Positions 35,901-50,100 of a stretch of DNA of 64,000 nt are shown here, one piece after another. This DNA comes from Podarcis liolepis (Eukaryota): assembly GCA_965112155.1 (NCBI GenBank), contig OZ218098.1. One strand, 5' to 3'. The position numbers and the translations under genes were made by a program. The notes under the pieces are model-generated. The model was not told the DNA's origin and made no database searches. It worked only from the letters and a program-made list of their open reading frames with translations. Position 1 is the first letter of the stretch, and each line of letters begins with the position of its first letter.

Positions 35901-38118
35901 CAAGAATCAATACATCTGTGCCTGACTTTGAAGGACTTTATTGGGCATTCCAGAGAGAAGCTTTAAGCAAACGAGAAATCAAAGAAACAACTCATAATAA
36001 ACCATTCAGACTTAGAACATCTAATCTCTGTTGCAAACATCAAGTGCCTAATCCGGGGATGATGGTAAAAGGGATTGCTTTTATCTTTGTACCACTTTGT
36101 ATTCCTTTACATACAAATCACTCATGAGTGCAAAACACCAAATATACTTTACCATCCATTTAACTCAGTGTTGAGATAGTTTTAGATCAAGGTCGGCTTT
36201 CTTTGGAACAAATGTTACGGAATAAAACAAGAACAAATGTTGGAACAAATGTTACGGAATAAAACAAGAAGAGTCTCAATGGCACTTCTATTGAAGTGTA
36301 TTTCAAATAGTAGATAACAGCTTTATTACTATTAATATTAAATAGCAAATCACAGTGTCTGAACTAAATTTTGAAGGAAGGTAATCTGAAAAACAGAGAG
36401 AAAGATGAAGTTTTAGGCCCAGTAGACAAAATCAAAAATGACAAATCACCAAGCCCAGACAACATCCACCCAAGAGTTCTTAAAGCACATAAATGTAAAA
36501 TTGCTGAACAAAAATATGTAAATTGTCTCTCAAATCAGCCTCCATACCCGAGGACTGGAAAGTGGCCAGTGTAACCCTAATTGTTTTTAAAGGAATCCTG
36601 GAAATTAAATGCTGTTTAGTTTAACATCTGATCTCTCCCAGGAAAACTGGTGGAAAGTATTGTTAAAGATTAGATCAGCAAAGCTTGTTCTTCTGTATTC
36701 TTGCTTAAGCAGATCTACCATTACTTTCTGCAAAGGCAAGTCCTGTCTCACCAACCAATTAGAATTCTTTGAGAGTGTCAGCAACCATATAGATAGAGGT
36801 TGAAACAGTGTGTTCAGACTTTTAAAAAAAGCTTTCAGCAAAGTACCTCACCCAAGACACTTGTGTAATCTTAGCCGTCGTGGAGTAAAAAGAGAGATTT
36901 TATTGTAAATCAGGAAATGGTTATGTATGTAGCAGGATAACATCCTGTTGTGTACAGGATGTGTCACTTTCCACATTGGCAGCTCTTCGCCCCACTTACC
37001 TGTCAGCATAATGTTTTAAAAAAGTAAAAATGTGAACCTCATAAGAGACAAGCATTTGCAGGTTGATAATAACAAATAGCAAACACTATATATATATGTG
37101 CATGCATGCATGCATGCATACATACATTTGAAGAGAGCACAGCTTCAACTAAGCATTGTACATTAAATATTCTTACTTTCAGGATTTTCAACAACCTTCC
37201 AGGGCACCAATACAAAGGAGTCGGTCTTTGAATTACCTTTCTTCCCTCTCCTCCAACACACTTCCAATATATATCACAGATGCAGTGAGAAAGAGACAGT
37301 CTGCTATTAAGTGAGTAACTTACTCATTTAATTAAAGTATGAATAAGTGCAAAGGTGGAACATCCTGATCCAGACAATGCCTTCAAAACCGTGTAATATA
37401 ACCCTGCCTGTCCCACATGGCAGGTGGAGGCCACCTATGCTTTTGGATACCCCCCCTGAACAAAATTCCCAAAAGCCTGCTAAAATTCAGAGTTAAGAGA
37501 GTACCACATATACTTTGAACAATATTGTTTTAACTTGGATATATGAACTGGCTTTGTATATGTTTTGTTTTGGAAAGCTTAGTGATTTTATTTTGCAATA
37601 AGATTATATCCCATTATCTGCATGTATATTTATAGACGCCTTCAAGAGGATAAGAAATACAAGGAAAATGAAGGAGCTCGTTGGGCAGAGTTGCAGAGAA
37701 AGAGAGGTCAAGCTATGCATAAGTCTCTGAATTGCCGAGCAAAAGCTTTGGATCCCCATAAAAGCTTGGAGGAAACACACAGAGAAAAGCTGAAGCAAAA
37801 CTGGTCAGTATGCTAATTGGCTTTGGTAGCGTACTATTGAAGCAAAATCATTTCAGTTGGAATTACTGATAGCTCGGTATGAGAAATGGGTTTGAGCTTC
37901 AAGTGTTCATAGCTAACAGACAGCAGTCATATTATTCATTTACACTTCATGCTTATCTCACCACTATCCTTAGATATAATTGGTAACACAGCCCCAGAAT
38001 TTGAAAAATAATATATTGTAATAGAAAAGGGATTCAGATTTGGATCTAAAAGGCTTTCCTAAAAAAGCAACATCTCATTACTGTGCCCCTCTTCTCTGCC
38101 TGACTGGGTTTTAAAAAA

Positions 38119-38176
<58 letters not shown>

Positions 38177-40349
38177 TTCCCTGGGTGCTATCATGGACTG
38201 GATGAGCACTAATAAATTGTAACTGAATACTGACAAGACAGAGATCCTATGGGTGGGAGTTTTTCAGTTTTGGGAAATTGAATTTGTACCTGTTCTGGAG
38301 GTAGAGCATTATTTCAGGGTGCTGCTAGATCAATCACTGATGCTAGAGGCCCAGTTGGCTCTGAGCACCCATTACCAACTTTGGTTGGTGCACCAACCTA
38401 CCTTGTCCTACCTTGTTTTTAAGAAATGTTATTGCTTTTTTATTTTTATGTAAATTGCTTATAAATGTTTTGTTGAACAGTATAAATATGTTATAAATGA
38501 ATTGCCAGGGAGCATAGGTGCCCAGATGTTCTTCCGCACCCACGTAGCAGATCTATATGCAGACCATTTCTGTGGAGAGATTCCTATATCTAAATGTGCC
38601 CTCCTACCTGTAATTAAAAGTGCAGCACAGAATAACTGAAGATGATGCATAGTACGGAAACCTTTTGTTTCAGGCAAAATGACCGAAAAAGAACACAAGA
38701 GTATAAAAAGGAACTAGAAGAGATGAAGTTGCGAGTGAAAAACAGACCATATATGTTTGAACAGGTCACAAAGGTAACTATTTTGGTATGGGGAAACTGT
38801 CAAGGTTTAGAGGATCAAACAGTAAATACCAGCAGGTTGTAGCAGGGAGTCAATATTCAAGTAACCTCTTTGCCATTCTGGAAGGGTAAAAAAAACTTCA
38901 TGGGAAAAAGAGTTTGGTAGGGAACAAAATTTAGTTGTTGACCAGCTGTAATGATAGGGAAAATACTGTACACTAAATAGGAAAATATTGTTTTCAAAAT
39001 AAACTGAGGTATATGTTTGAATATAATGGTCTTCAAAGTATTCGCAAACATTTTAAAATATAATTGCTCCTTCCATATTGAGAGAAATATCCAATTACTT
39101 TTCTAGTTTAGAGCGATCACTTAGAATAACTGTAAGTATTCATGAAGGGAAGAGGGCCTACTAAACCGCCTGTCTTCTGAATTCCACAGCAAGGTGCCCG
39201 TCAGGGGGCAGAGAAGCTTTTTCGAGACACCTTGCAGCAGTTTGGGTTGAATGAAGAATTTGTGAAAAGCAAAGGAGGAGACACCACTGACCTAGTAGGG
39301 AAGGAGCAGTCTGAATCACAAAGGTATTTAAAGAACAGAAAATCACCTGTAGCTTCGTAAAAAAATAGTCTTCTACATTCACCTATTAGATATAGGGGCA
39401 TTTATGCTGAGAAGGAAAGAAACTTGCACTTAACAAGCCATGAAGTTGTCGGTGAGTTACCAGACCCAATTCAAGATGAACTGGCTTGGGACCAAATTAC
39501 ATGAAAGAGAATCTTCCCAAATAGGAAACTACCTGTTTGGCAGGTGATGCCTTGTTGGTGATGGTGCTGCTGGGGGCTCCCCAGCTCGCAGTTCCATGTG
39601 ACAGGGCCTCTTCAGCAGGAGTTCCCCATTCATAGGTCCTTCCTGGTTTGGCAGCAGCGCTGACTTGGGCGCCACAATGTCATAAAGTCATGGTGGCGAG
39701 GGGCCCACTGCATCCCCGAAGCACGTCCATGGCTGCAATGTGCCCCAACAGAGGCCTCACGGCAGAGGCGCAGGCCCCGGCCCAGTCGCCGCCAGAGGTA
39801 AGGCACCAGCTGGCAGAGGCCAGGCCCCAGGGCCCTGGAGTTGGTGCCCCTGTTGTGTGGTGTGTCTCCCCTCATAATTGACTTTCAGGATTTTTAAAAC
39901 ATTCCTGTTTACTCAGACATTTCATGGCTGGAAAAAAAAAATCTGTTCCTGGAAACCCTGAGATCACTTGTTGAAAGAATGTTTTTAGAATTTTAAAACT
40001 GATTCATTATTGATGTGTTTAGCCACCCTGGACTCAGAAATAAACTGACATAATAATAAAAGTCCCTGCTCACAGACTGGATTTAGGCTCGTCACACTGT
40101 CTAAAGTATCTCTCAGTTCTTGTGAGGATGAAATATGGAAAACAGTATATAGGATGTTCGGAACTCCTTAGGAGTAGGATTCAGATGTGAACTTTGCAAC
40201 TATGACCACCACTTCCAGTGATTTTATAGCGTGAAATTTTGAAATCACAATTTTTAATCAACAGGACTCATAAGTCGCAGAGGAATACCAAAGCTGGCAT
40301 TATACAAGAACTAGCTGAAGAGGGGCAAAGGATACTACAAACAAAGTAG
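32761..40349 (+). CDS. FAM161B: FAM161B (centrosomal/ciliary FAM161 family), ~624 aa; exons 32761-32832, 33639-33952, 34188-34732, 35736-36064, 37183-37310, 37636-37803, 38674-38773, 39190-39323, 40265-40349 (last exon less certain)
   Basis: UPF0564-type motifs ITVPQPFNMTLREA, QFRAQPVPAHIYLPLYQEIME, AELLRKIRIQMRA, FKPRIN..VPDFEGL, KELEEMKLRVKNRPYMFEQV. Splice phases are consistent. Head-to-head with COQ6. Confidence 0.92.
33214..33532 (-). mobile_element. L2-like LINE 3' fragment
   Basis: Minus-strand peptide RSARMLRSSTEGLL...QRAFLVVAPALWNALP is typical of L2-type ORF2 C-termini; a related copy lies at 58720-59042. Confidence 0.7.
36203..36270. repeat. ~37-bp tandem duplication
   Basis: TTGGAACAAATGTTACGGAATAAAACAAGAA occurs twice with a short spacer. 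Confidence 0.85.
36370..36920 (+). mobile_element. Degenerate CR1 LINE ORF2 (RT) fragment
   Basis: Peptides KSPSPDNIHPRVLK, GKSCLTNQLEFFESV and DF.KAF.KVPH-like, spread across shifted frames. Confidence 0.7.
38118..38175. repeat. (ATT)n microsatellite
   Basis: About 19 tandem ATT units. Confidence 0.95.
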
Positions 40350-40549
40350 GTACCCAGTGGAAGTCTTCAGGTGCCTAAAGCTCATTTCTCCCCTTTAATC
40401 AAATGTCATTAGATCAGGGTTAGGCAACTTCTTCAGCACGAAGAACTGAAGCTAACAAGCTTTTATATAAAAATTTGTAATCACGATATATACTAGATTA
40501 TAGATAACAAATGTATTGCACTTCTTTAGGCAGCCTCAAAAGATTTGGC

Positions 40550-40753
40550 ACCATCCCTCTCAGGTTACATATGCTTCAGGTTACAGACTCCGCTAACCCA
40601 GAAATAGTACCTCGGGTTAAGAACTTTACTTCAGGATGAGAATAGAAATCGAGCGGCGGCGGCGTGGCAGCAGCGGGAGGCCCCATTAGCTAAAGTGGTG
40701 TTAAGAACGGACCTCCGGAATGAATTAAGTACGTAACCAGAGGTACCACTGTA
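40550..40753. mobile_element. Tc1/mariner-like non-autonomous element
   Basis: Right end GTAACCAGAGGTACCACTG followed by TA; internal repeats of CAGGTTAC/CGGGTTAAG. Confidence 0.5.
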
Positions 40754-40855
40754 CTTGGGTGGGTGGAAGTGGGGAGGTATGTGCATATGCAGCCTGCTGT
40801 GCTGACACAGATCCTGGAAGCATCATCCTGTTTGGACGTTTCATGCTAATGGTAC

Positions 40856-40933
40856 CCATACAGATTCTGTACTAACTTAAATTGAAAAGTACCATACAGA
40901 TTCTGTACTAACTTAAATTGAAAAGTACCATAC
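40856..40933. repeat. 36-bp tandem duplication
   Basis: CCATACAGATTCTGTACTAACTTAAATTGAAAAGTA x2. Confidence 0.9.
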
Positions 40934-42469
40934 TAATGTTTTAAACGTTTATGCCTCTCAGGTTCAGAAAGCTGTACAATGGAATTGCTACAGTAGATGT
41001 TGTTAGCCAGTTTTGTTTCTACAGACAGGTTGGCAACAAGTAGTTTTTAGATTTCCCTTCAGTAACTCATTTGCACTATTTTTTAAAACAAAAGATGGCC
41101 AGAGGATATATGCTAAATCCTCTTCTCCATCCCTTGGCCATGCAAGGGTAATAAAATCTAGCAACCTAGATTTCTTATTGTTACAAGTTCACTGAGATTT
41201 ACAGTCCAATATGCCATTATGATTCTATGCTGGCTTACTTGGAAGTAAGTCCGATTGAGGATAAATGGGCTTGCTTACAGATAAATGTGCTTAGGGAGTA
41301 AACTGAAGTGCCTATGCTCCAAAAGCAGTGGTATATTAGTCTAGTAGCAACTACTGAAAAGCATGATGAGTTGTTATTCCATCTGAACGTTTAGTAAAAA
41401 TTAACTCTATTTTCAAAAACATGAATAAAAATCATTAAACCCAAGATTCATAGAATTTAAAGTAACATTTAAAGTTTCTTTATTCATTGAGGACAGGTTG
41501 GGGGGGGGGACCTTTCTGACTCCATGGGCCAGATTCTTACCAAGATCTGCCTTGCAGGCCAAAATTGACGTGAGTGGGGCCACCCACTTCTCAAAAACCC
41601 TTGCTCACTGATCTCAGAGGCACAAAAAAGAAGTGGCAGGAGATTTGCAAAGCCTTTTCCAATTCCCAGAGGGTTGGGGATGTAAAATGGGTGGGGAGAC
41701 TTGCAAAACGATTTAAAACAGCCTCTGCACTCCCTTTTGAGCAAATGAGAGCACAGGAGCTGCATTTAAACCCTTTGCAAAAGCTACTTTGAAACAGCTT
41801 GCAAGTACACGTGAGCTGCTTCAAAAAGTGCTTTTGCACAGACCTTTTAATCCCTGCTCAGTTAATATTTTTTGTGCTGTGCTGTATTCTTGTTCTAATG
41901 GTCTATAATTGTTTTTAAATATTTAAGCTGCTCAGAAAACTTTGTGAGTGGCACAAATACTGTATTTATTATGCTCTGTCTGGTCCATATCAAACCATGT
42001 TAATTCTGAGCTCAGAGGCTGATTAAAAGATTTATGCATTTTCCTATTTTACAAGTAGAACTGTCTGAAGTAAATGAAAGCTTATGCTATAATAAATGTG
42101 CTTGACCTTAAAGGCATTACAAGATTAATTGTTTTCACCTTTTTATATGTTCACAAAAATATATGGTCTTTAAAATATAATGTAGAAACGTGATCTCCCC
42201 ACCCCCCCGCCAAAAAAATAATAATAATAAAAAAAGTGGAAGCTATAGGGGAAGCTTCAGCAACAGTACTTTGGGTGCAGAGTGGCCAATGAGAACATTC
42301 CTGCTCATTTTTGTTCTATTTTTTCTGTTTAATTGTTTTACGTATATAGTAATAGGATTTTGTATTACATGTAATTGCTTGGTACTTGGCTTTAAGGTAC
42401 CCATGAGCATCTTTGAATAGGCAAAGAAAAACACAAAATACACAAATATCAGGAGTTGGAAGTAGATAG

Positions 42470-43128
42470 TTTATTTACAACTGAAGTATACTGAATAGAT
42501 TCTACCTCTGATTTTTTTTTAAATTAAGCCCTAATAATTAGAAATTAAAATCACAGCAAGAAGCAAGGGTGTCTGAGGCAATCCTCTGAACAACATCATG
42601 TCTTCGGTTTGGAGCAGAAACCATAGTAGAGAGTATATCCGCACCAAGCAAGGAGATGTGGAAGATCTAGCTCAAAGAGAAACCACAAACCACCTGATAA
42701 TTCAGAAGCAAGAACAGAACTGCAGTGCCTTGTTGCAGAATTCACTACCATCTAAAGATACTCCTCCAAGAAGAACGAGTCAGTATAATGCTGAGCTTAT
42801 GATCAGCTTCAGGAGAGAAAAAAGTGGCTAGGAACTAGTTCCAAGAGCATTACCTCCTCACCTTTGGGGTGCCAGGTTCAACAGGAACAGTACCCTGTTC
42901 AGACATTAGTAAAAGCTCCTGAAGCCCTTCTTCGGAGGTTCCAGTGATTGAAGCAAACCATATTCCAGGCCTCTGTTCTGACAGGTCACAATAAGTACAC
43001 TAGAGGCACAGCATAAACTCTGGGGATTCAAGTACCACATGGTTTCTTGAGCCCATCATCACACAAGCTTCTTCTTTAGCTTCGTATCTTGTGTTGAATA
43101 CTTCATTCATTTGCTCTTCCTTTTGTAA
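42470..43128 (-). other. ZNF410: Probable terminal 3' UTR exon of ZNF410
   Basis: Donor CAG|GTCAG 8 nt after the stop (44112/44111); acceptor TTTGCAG| at 43129/43128; AATAAA on the minus strand at 42470-42475. Confidence 0.55.
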
Positions 43129-44119
43129 CTGCAAATCAACACATTTTATTTCTATCAATACTAGTTCAGACTTGTTTATAAGAAAGGAACGAATAATAGA
43201 ATGACTCAAGCAACACACTGCTATTATATTTCACAGCATCTTTTTTTTTTTCTTTCAAGCCCTCTCTATATGACAAATTACCAACACAGATGTATGGGAG
43301 AAGTACCTTTACTTGTAACACCTTCTAACGTATTTGTTTTAAATGAAGGGCCTGGCTGATCAGTGCTAAGGCAGTGGGAGGAACTGGCTCACTCCGATCA
43401 GGGTAGAAGTTGGGCAGGGTGGGCAGGGGCAAGACCTTGCTCGCACAAAGCTGAACAGAACATCTTTAGACTGCTTCACTTTTCCCACTCTAATACAAGT
43501 GTATTCTGGAGCAGAAGGCATCTTAGGATTCAACTTGTACTAAAGATTCTGGGCCAGCAAAACATCACAGGAGTACACACTTTGCCTGTGTCATATTATG
43601 AAAGATGGCATTGTGGGTTGGGAACAGCATGACAACAGAGGACAGTGTTATTTTGCAAGAATTGTCGTGCAACTTTGTGGTACCACACCCAATCAATGTT
43701 CAGTGAACAAATGGATATAGTAAGGTTGTAACAAAGAGCCTTGCCTACAGTCATCAGTTAGGAGACTGTAGTAAGCTTTAATTGAAACCAACAGGCACCA
43801 GCAGAGATTGTGATTTTTGTGTCAGACCAAGCTGTATGCCACTATAGTTATATAGCTTCCAGATCAAGTAAATTATTATTATTATTAATTATTATTACCT
43901 TCAATTTAAGATTGAATGGGAATTTTCTTTTAAACCTATTATTACTATAATCTTCCATCAAAATTTCAAACAAATATTTATAAGATTAAATAATAACCAA
44001 AAGCCTCACTGCTATCAAATTCTCAGATAGTAGAAAAGGTGATGTTTTCCTGCACTTTCAAAAGACTAGAATTATGTTGTTCAAAAAGAAATAGCAGTCT
44101 TCTAGGCTGACCTGTAGAT

Positions 44120-47100
44120 TTACTGTAGTAAAGATGACACCCCATAGGAGTGTCTTGATGTTGACATGGGCATCAGATGATGAGATGGCAAAACCACATC
44201 AGATGCAGCATGGAGAGAGTTTGTTGTTGCTTCAGCAAGAACCTCTGCAAATCAAACAGGAGACTAAGTTGTGCTTTATAAAATGTACATTGGGGATTAT
44301 TTTCTCAAGCAACCTGATCTTCAGACAAAAAATGAAGTGTGCATTGTGTGAATGTATTAGACTAGGGCAAATATTAGAAACAGTGGATAAATCAGCACTC
44401 AGGAAAACAAATACAGTATCAGAAACCAATATAAAAGTATTATTATTGCATTCCACCCTTCCTACTGAAACTATGTGTTGGAACTCCAATAAATTATCCC
44501 ATTTAAGACTATCCTGATAGAAAGAGATCCCCTCCCAACTCAGCTCCTGTAAACATTTAATTGCTAATAGAAATATTTTTCTCACCTTCCTTTACACCAA
44601 TAATTGATTCTGTGTCTGGCAACTGCAAGGATTCTACACCAAGGCTGGGAGGTGAGCTCATGGACACCAGATTCTTACTGTGCTCTTCAGATTCTTCCAA
44701 CAAACTACTGCCCATCAACGATTCTGTTGCAAAAACAAAACACCAAGGTGAGGAACAACAGCATCAGTGTCCACTATCACACAGAGAGGGATTTCTGCTT
44801 CACAAATCTGAAGAATGTGGAGAATTGTTTTCTCACTCTTCCTTATCCAAGATTATTTCTTCATGACCTGTATTTTCAGGAAGAGAGTTTGACTTTGTAG
44901 AGTATATTTCGAGATGTGGGCACACACAGCTGAAAAGCACAACTTTACTCACACAGATCAATTTTATAACTGTTTTTCAAAGCTGGGAAATAGTTAAGGC
45001 TTTGTGGTCAAACACTCTTAGCCTCTCTGTTCCTACAGTCTCTTCATGTGATATATTTCACATCCTCAGAAACAGCCGCATTTCTGTCACCATCTCATGC
45101 TAACACTTCTATGGCAGAACAGGTTCTTTTTCTCAACTCGACCCTTCTCATCACTGTTTGAAAGATCCAGTCATACATTCCCATTCTACTCGGTTCCTAC
45201 CTGTTTGTTCATGCTGTCTGTTGCTATCTGTTCCAACTCTGGAATGATGTTTCTTCATGTGTACATTCCTACTACCACTCTGAGAAAATGTCTTCCCACA
45301 GATCTGACACTGGTGGGGCTTTACTCCTGTAAACAATATACAATAATTGCTAGAGCAGAGAATGAAATATCCATTTTCTATGCTTAAGTAGTTTTCATTT
45401 CTCTTGAATTCAGACACCAAAGGCTTAGCTTTAGAAAGGGGCTATCAAGTTCACAGTCAAATTTTGTCAGGAAATTTGAGCGATTTAGAGTCTCAGGCCT
45501 GTATGTACAAGAAGCCTTTGACCTAGAGATTGTAAGATCTCACTTTGTCATGCCCATAATTGTATATACTAGGCAAGATGCAGTTTTTAGCCTACACCTT
45601 TGAAGTTATGAGGCTCAAGAAGAGAAAAGGGAAAGACAGCATAAAAAGCAAAGGGGGAAGGACATTAGTAATTGTTCAGCAAGACCTGGGTATCTCAAGG
45701 AATGAAGTCCCCTTACCTGAATGGACAACTAGGTGTTTCCGAAGGCTGGAGTATTCAGCAAAGGAGCGACCACAGCCCTGAGCCTCACACAAGAAGGGCT
45801 TTTCCCCTGCATTGAAGCATTTGCTTCAGTTAATTCAAAAAGTCACTTGAATTGCATATGCCCTCATATGCAAGGATCCACTTCTTTCTATTAAGTTGCA
45901 GTTTCTCAAATTCAGTCACACACCTTTCATTGTTTACATGAGTTCTTCATTGGCTATCAAATATTAGCGTGGAAGCTTTCTACTTGGAGAGTGAAAACAC
46001 AATTCTCCAAGACTGGAAGTCTCAGAAATTTAATATAATAACCACCAACATGGTTTCCTATTATATAACCTTTTGATCACCTAAAGGAGGTGCGGGAAAA
46101 CTTTGGCCTGGTTCACATGACCCACTAAGCCAAACCTTGACTTACTGACACCATACACAGAGGAGCTCATATCCACGTTGCTCCTCCCTGGTCCTCTTTG
46201 CTACTGTGTCAAGCCAGGTTTGGCTTAGCACGTCATCTGAATCAGCTTTCTCCTCCCTATCTCCTCCCTAGCTGTAACACAGCCGGCATTTGGCCCTCGT
46301 AAACAGCGTCCGGGTGGAAATCGCTGAAGTGTTCAGGAAAATCTGGACATACGGCAACCCATGTCGGAAGTGTAGATTTTGCCTAATTTCATTAAAAATA
46401 CCTCAAAGCTCAACAACTTTGGCAACCCTAAATAAATACTTCGTAACAGGCATAAAGGCAGAGAGGCAGCAGCTGCCTAGTCAGTGCCATGCTCATAATC
46501 TGACTGATAGAAATGCAGAGAAACTTCTTTAACACTTGAATACTGGAACAAAAGAAGAATTTGAAAAAAGGGGAATGGTACACACCAGTATGAATCCGCA
46601 GGTGATTCTTCAGGTTCCCAGCTGTCGTGAACTGCTTCCCACAACCTAGCTCGGTGCAGATGAATGGTTTCTCACCGTTGTGCGTTCTCATGTGTACCTT
46701 CAGCCTCTGCAGGACATAGAAGCTTTTCCCGCAATCTTTTGCTGGACAAATGAAGGAACGGTCATTCCTGGAAAACAACATCACTTTCATGGCACTATTA
46801 TACATGCTGCTGTAATCAAGTAGTCCTCTGCTGGTGCTCTGGCTTTCCTTAATGTGGTGCTGTATGCATTTTTGTTTTTGTTTCAGTTCAAAATGAAGAG
46901 GCTGAAAAGTGACATGGCCAGTTACTGGCTCCACTTGAAGTAACAGTTAAAGTAAAATGAAGAGGCTGCATTTTCCTTGCCTTACACTGTATAAATAATT
47001 TTAATAAACCAGATATTCTCATTTAAAAGTTTAGGTTACATATAACATACACACACAGAGCAGTTTTGTTTGGGCCAGTTGCAAATCACAAGCCACTCCC

Positions 47101-50100
47101 AGGCAGTTAAAACACACAAACAGTGTTTTAAAAACCACATTGAGTGTATTTGCAAAATAGAGGTGAGCTTTTTCTGTTTCAGATTTCTGTACTTTGGTTG
47201 ACTCTATGAATTTGATCGTTCCATAGCAGGACCACTCATATAGCTGCATACAGTTTGCAGTGCTCAGCAAAGTCATAGCTATAGCAACTCTATGCACCTG
47301 TGAGTCTTTAAGTGGTATTTGAAGTGGGCCGGCCACACAAATGTCCTGTCACAGCCCTCAACTGTACATTTCAACTTTTTCTCCACCCGAGGCAAGTGAG
47401 GGATAGGGCTGGATTCTTTCGGTTGAGGGTCTCCTGAGCAAACATGAACATTTTCACCTGGAAGGGGTAAAAAAGAAAAAAAGAATACAATGGTAAAATG
47501 ACAGTGATACATAGGAGGGGGGGAACCCACCTAAATACATTTAAAAAGAGAAACATTTCTGCTCATTTTGTTTAGTCAGCCCCCTGAAGTAGATGCTCTT
47601 GTTCATACTTCAATTCTGTACTCTCTCAAATTTTCAGGAGGTTCTGCAAAATTTACCATTTCTAAAGGCAGGAGCAGTGGGGGTAGTGAAACACTAACAT
47701 AGAAAGCTGCTTTATAACCAGTCACCACTGGTCCATCTGGCTTAGCACTGACCACTCTGACTAGCAAGTTTCCCAGGGTTTCAGACTGGAAGCGTTCCCA
47801 GTCCTACCTGGAGAGATTGAGCCTTCTTCATCCAAAGCAAGTGCTCTGCCAACTGAGCTATAATCCTTTCCCAAAGGTAGGCGGAGGGTAGAGAAGGCAC
47901 GTTAAAATAATAAAGTACTACCTTCCACATTTTTGCATACCTGTTCACATTCACTCTTTCCCTGACTTGCTGTTGCTGCTTGGTCGCCTTCTTAAAAACA
48001 AAACACAAAACTTGAAAGGGCTTATTCACTACCTGATCCCAGCCAACTCACAAATCTCATAGTAAAACTGGCACCACATGGCCAGCTGTAGTTGTGTGAC
48101 AACAGCGAGGGCAAACAATGCCGTTCAATGTTCTCACACTTATGGGGGGAAAGAGACAACTGAGAGGACGCATACCATGTTATGCTGGCAGTTTCACTAT
48201 CTTACTATTATTATGCAGCATATTTTTCTCCTGACCGAGCTCCCATTGCACATAGTTAGGCATGCCTAATGGACAGAACAGGCATGGAGATGTGCATCCC
48301 ATTATAAGCAGTGCCGTACAAACAGATGAAGTTGTGACGGAATGCAAATCATTTCTATTTGAATGTGTTACTTCCAATGGAATGTGCGTCCCAATCTCAT
48401 CGGCAAGAAATTGATGACACACAATTGCATTGAGGAAGGGAACATCAAGTTGGTTACCTAAGCAATGGAGCTGCGTTTGCCAAGCATCAGCAACTCCCAG
48501 GTATACCTGGCATTCAGCAGATTGAATGGCCCAGCAGTTATGCAGCAACAACTGGTGAAAACAGCTCAGAGCCAGGAGCTACTAAACCCCAGAACTCCAT
48601 TTACCCTCACAGCCATGCACAGGCATGGCCAGGTGCTGTTGTGACTGCACAACAGCACCCTTATCAACTAGTTCATAACTTATGGAGACCATTGCCTCTG
48701 CTGGTGGGAGATCAGAGCAGCCTCTGGTCCTGCTCCAAAGACAAATGGAAATTATATGATAGGAAATAGGAAGTATGGCACACCATTGGTCAATCTACAA
48801 CACTATTGTCTATGCTGAGCAGCAGCTCCTCTCCAGAATTTCAGAGGTGGTCTCTCCCAGCCCACCCTGGAAATGCTGGGGGATGAATCTGAGTTAATTT
48901 TAATATAATTATAAGCATCACATTTCTATTTTTGTTGTTGTTCAATATTTTCCCGATTATTCATTATTCACTATGACTCCTCACTGTATTTTTGATTGTC
49001 CTGGCCCTGAATACCACCGTTTGGTATCCAAGCCCCAAACCAAAGTCCTGTTTGAATGCATTTTGGCTGATGAAACTGCTGATGAAAGTAATGATTTCAT
49101 CAGTGTGTGGTGCTTTAGACCCATAACTAAGTAGCAGTTGCCAGGACATTACCATGTTTGCTTTTACGTAGCTGCGTCTTATTTCAGATATCGTGACATA
49201 GTGGTATATTGCGATGTTTAGCTGGTGATATACCATGATATTGAAAACCAGATATTGCCCAGTCCTATTAGGGACATTGAAAGTTTTTTACCTTAAAAGG
49301 CAAGAAGTAAATGACTTGAAGTTTTCAACAACATATGAGAGCTTTATAAGATTTCCTAAACTCATTTTATGGGTGAAAGTAACATTATACCTTGAAAATG
49401 GAAAATACCCCCAACAGAAATAAAAGCCTTCTTACCATTATTGCTTGCTTTGGCATTCTTTGCGAGCTGTGCTCGAGTGGCAGCAATCAAACTGTCATGA
49501 GCCAGTTCCTGCACTCGCAAAAACCATGGGGTACTGCTGTCGGTGCTATCATTCGAGAAGAAATCATTCCCAGAATCTTCTGCTTCATCTTGGACAAACA
49601 CCAAGTGCTCTGAGGGAGAACCTAGGCCTAGAAGGGAGGCAATTTCCATGAGACGATAAGAAGGGGAGTAAACTCTCTTGCTTCCCACAATATCACAATG
49701 AACCTCTACAGCAGGGATGGCTAACCTGTAGCCCTCAATATGTCATTGCACAGCAAGTCCCTTCTGCCCCAGTCAACATGGCCAATGGCCAGGGCAGATG
49801 AGAGTTTTAGTTCAACATCATCAGGAGGTGCCACAGGTTAGCTTCCCTGCTCTCCAGCCACTTTACTGGAAGGAGGTGATGACTCCTGTTAAATGCAGCA
49901 TTGCCCAAATCTCTTTCTGTGCTTTGACGTGCTCAAAGGAGTTACCTGTTCGTGTTAAATTGAGAAGGATAAAAGAAGTGCTATCAGTGGGTTGGAGGTC
50001 TTGCAATAAGCTAGAAGTATCAGGGCTTGGCAGAAGCTCAGGTGGTTTCTGTACTGTTTGTGCCCTTGTCTCCTCACCATCAGGGCCAACGTTCACCTGG

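Noticed and set aside
40346-41043. Extra FAM161B terminal exon via AA|GTAGGT to an acceptor at ~40961
   Set aside because: The frame would work, but there is no homology support; the in-exon TAG at 40347-40349 is the simpler model.
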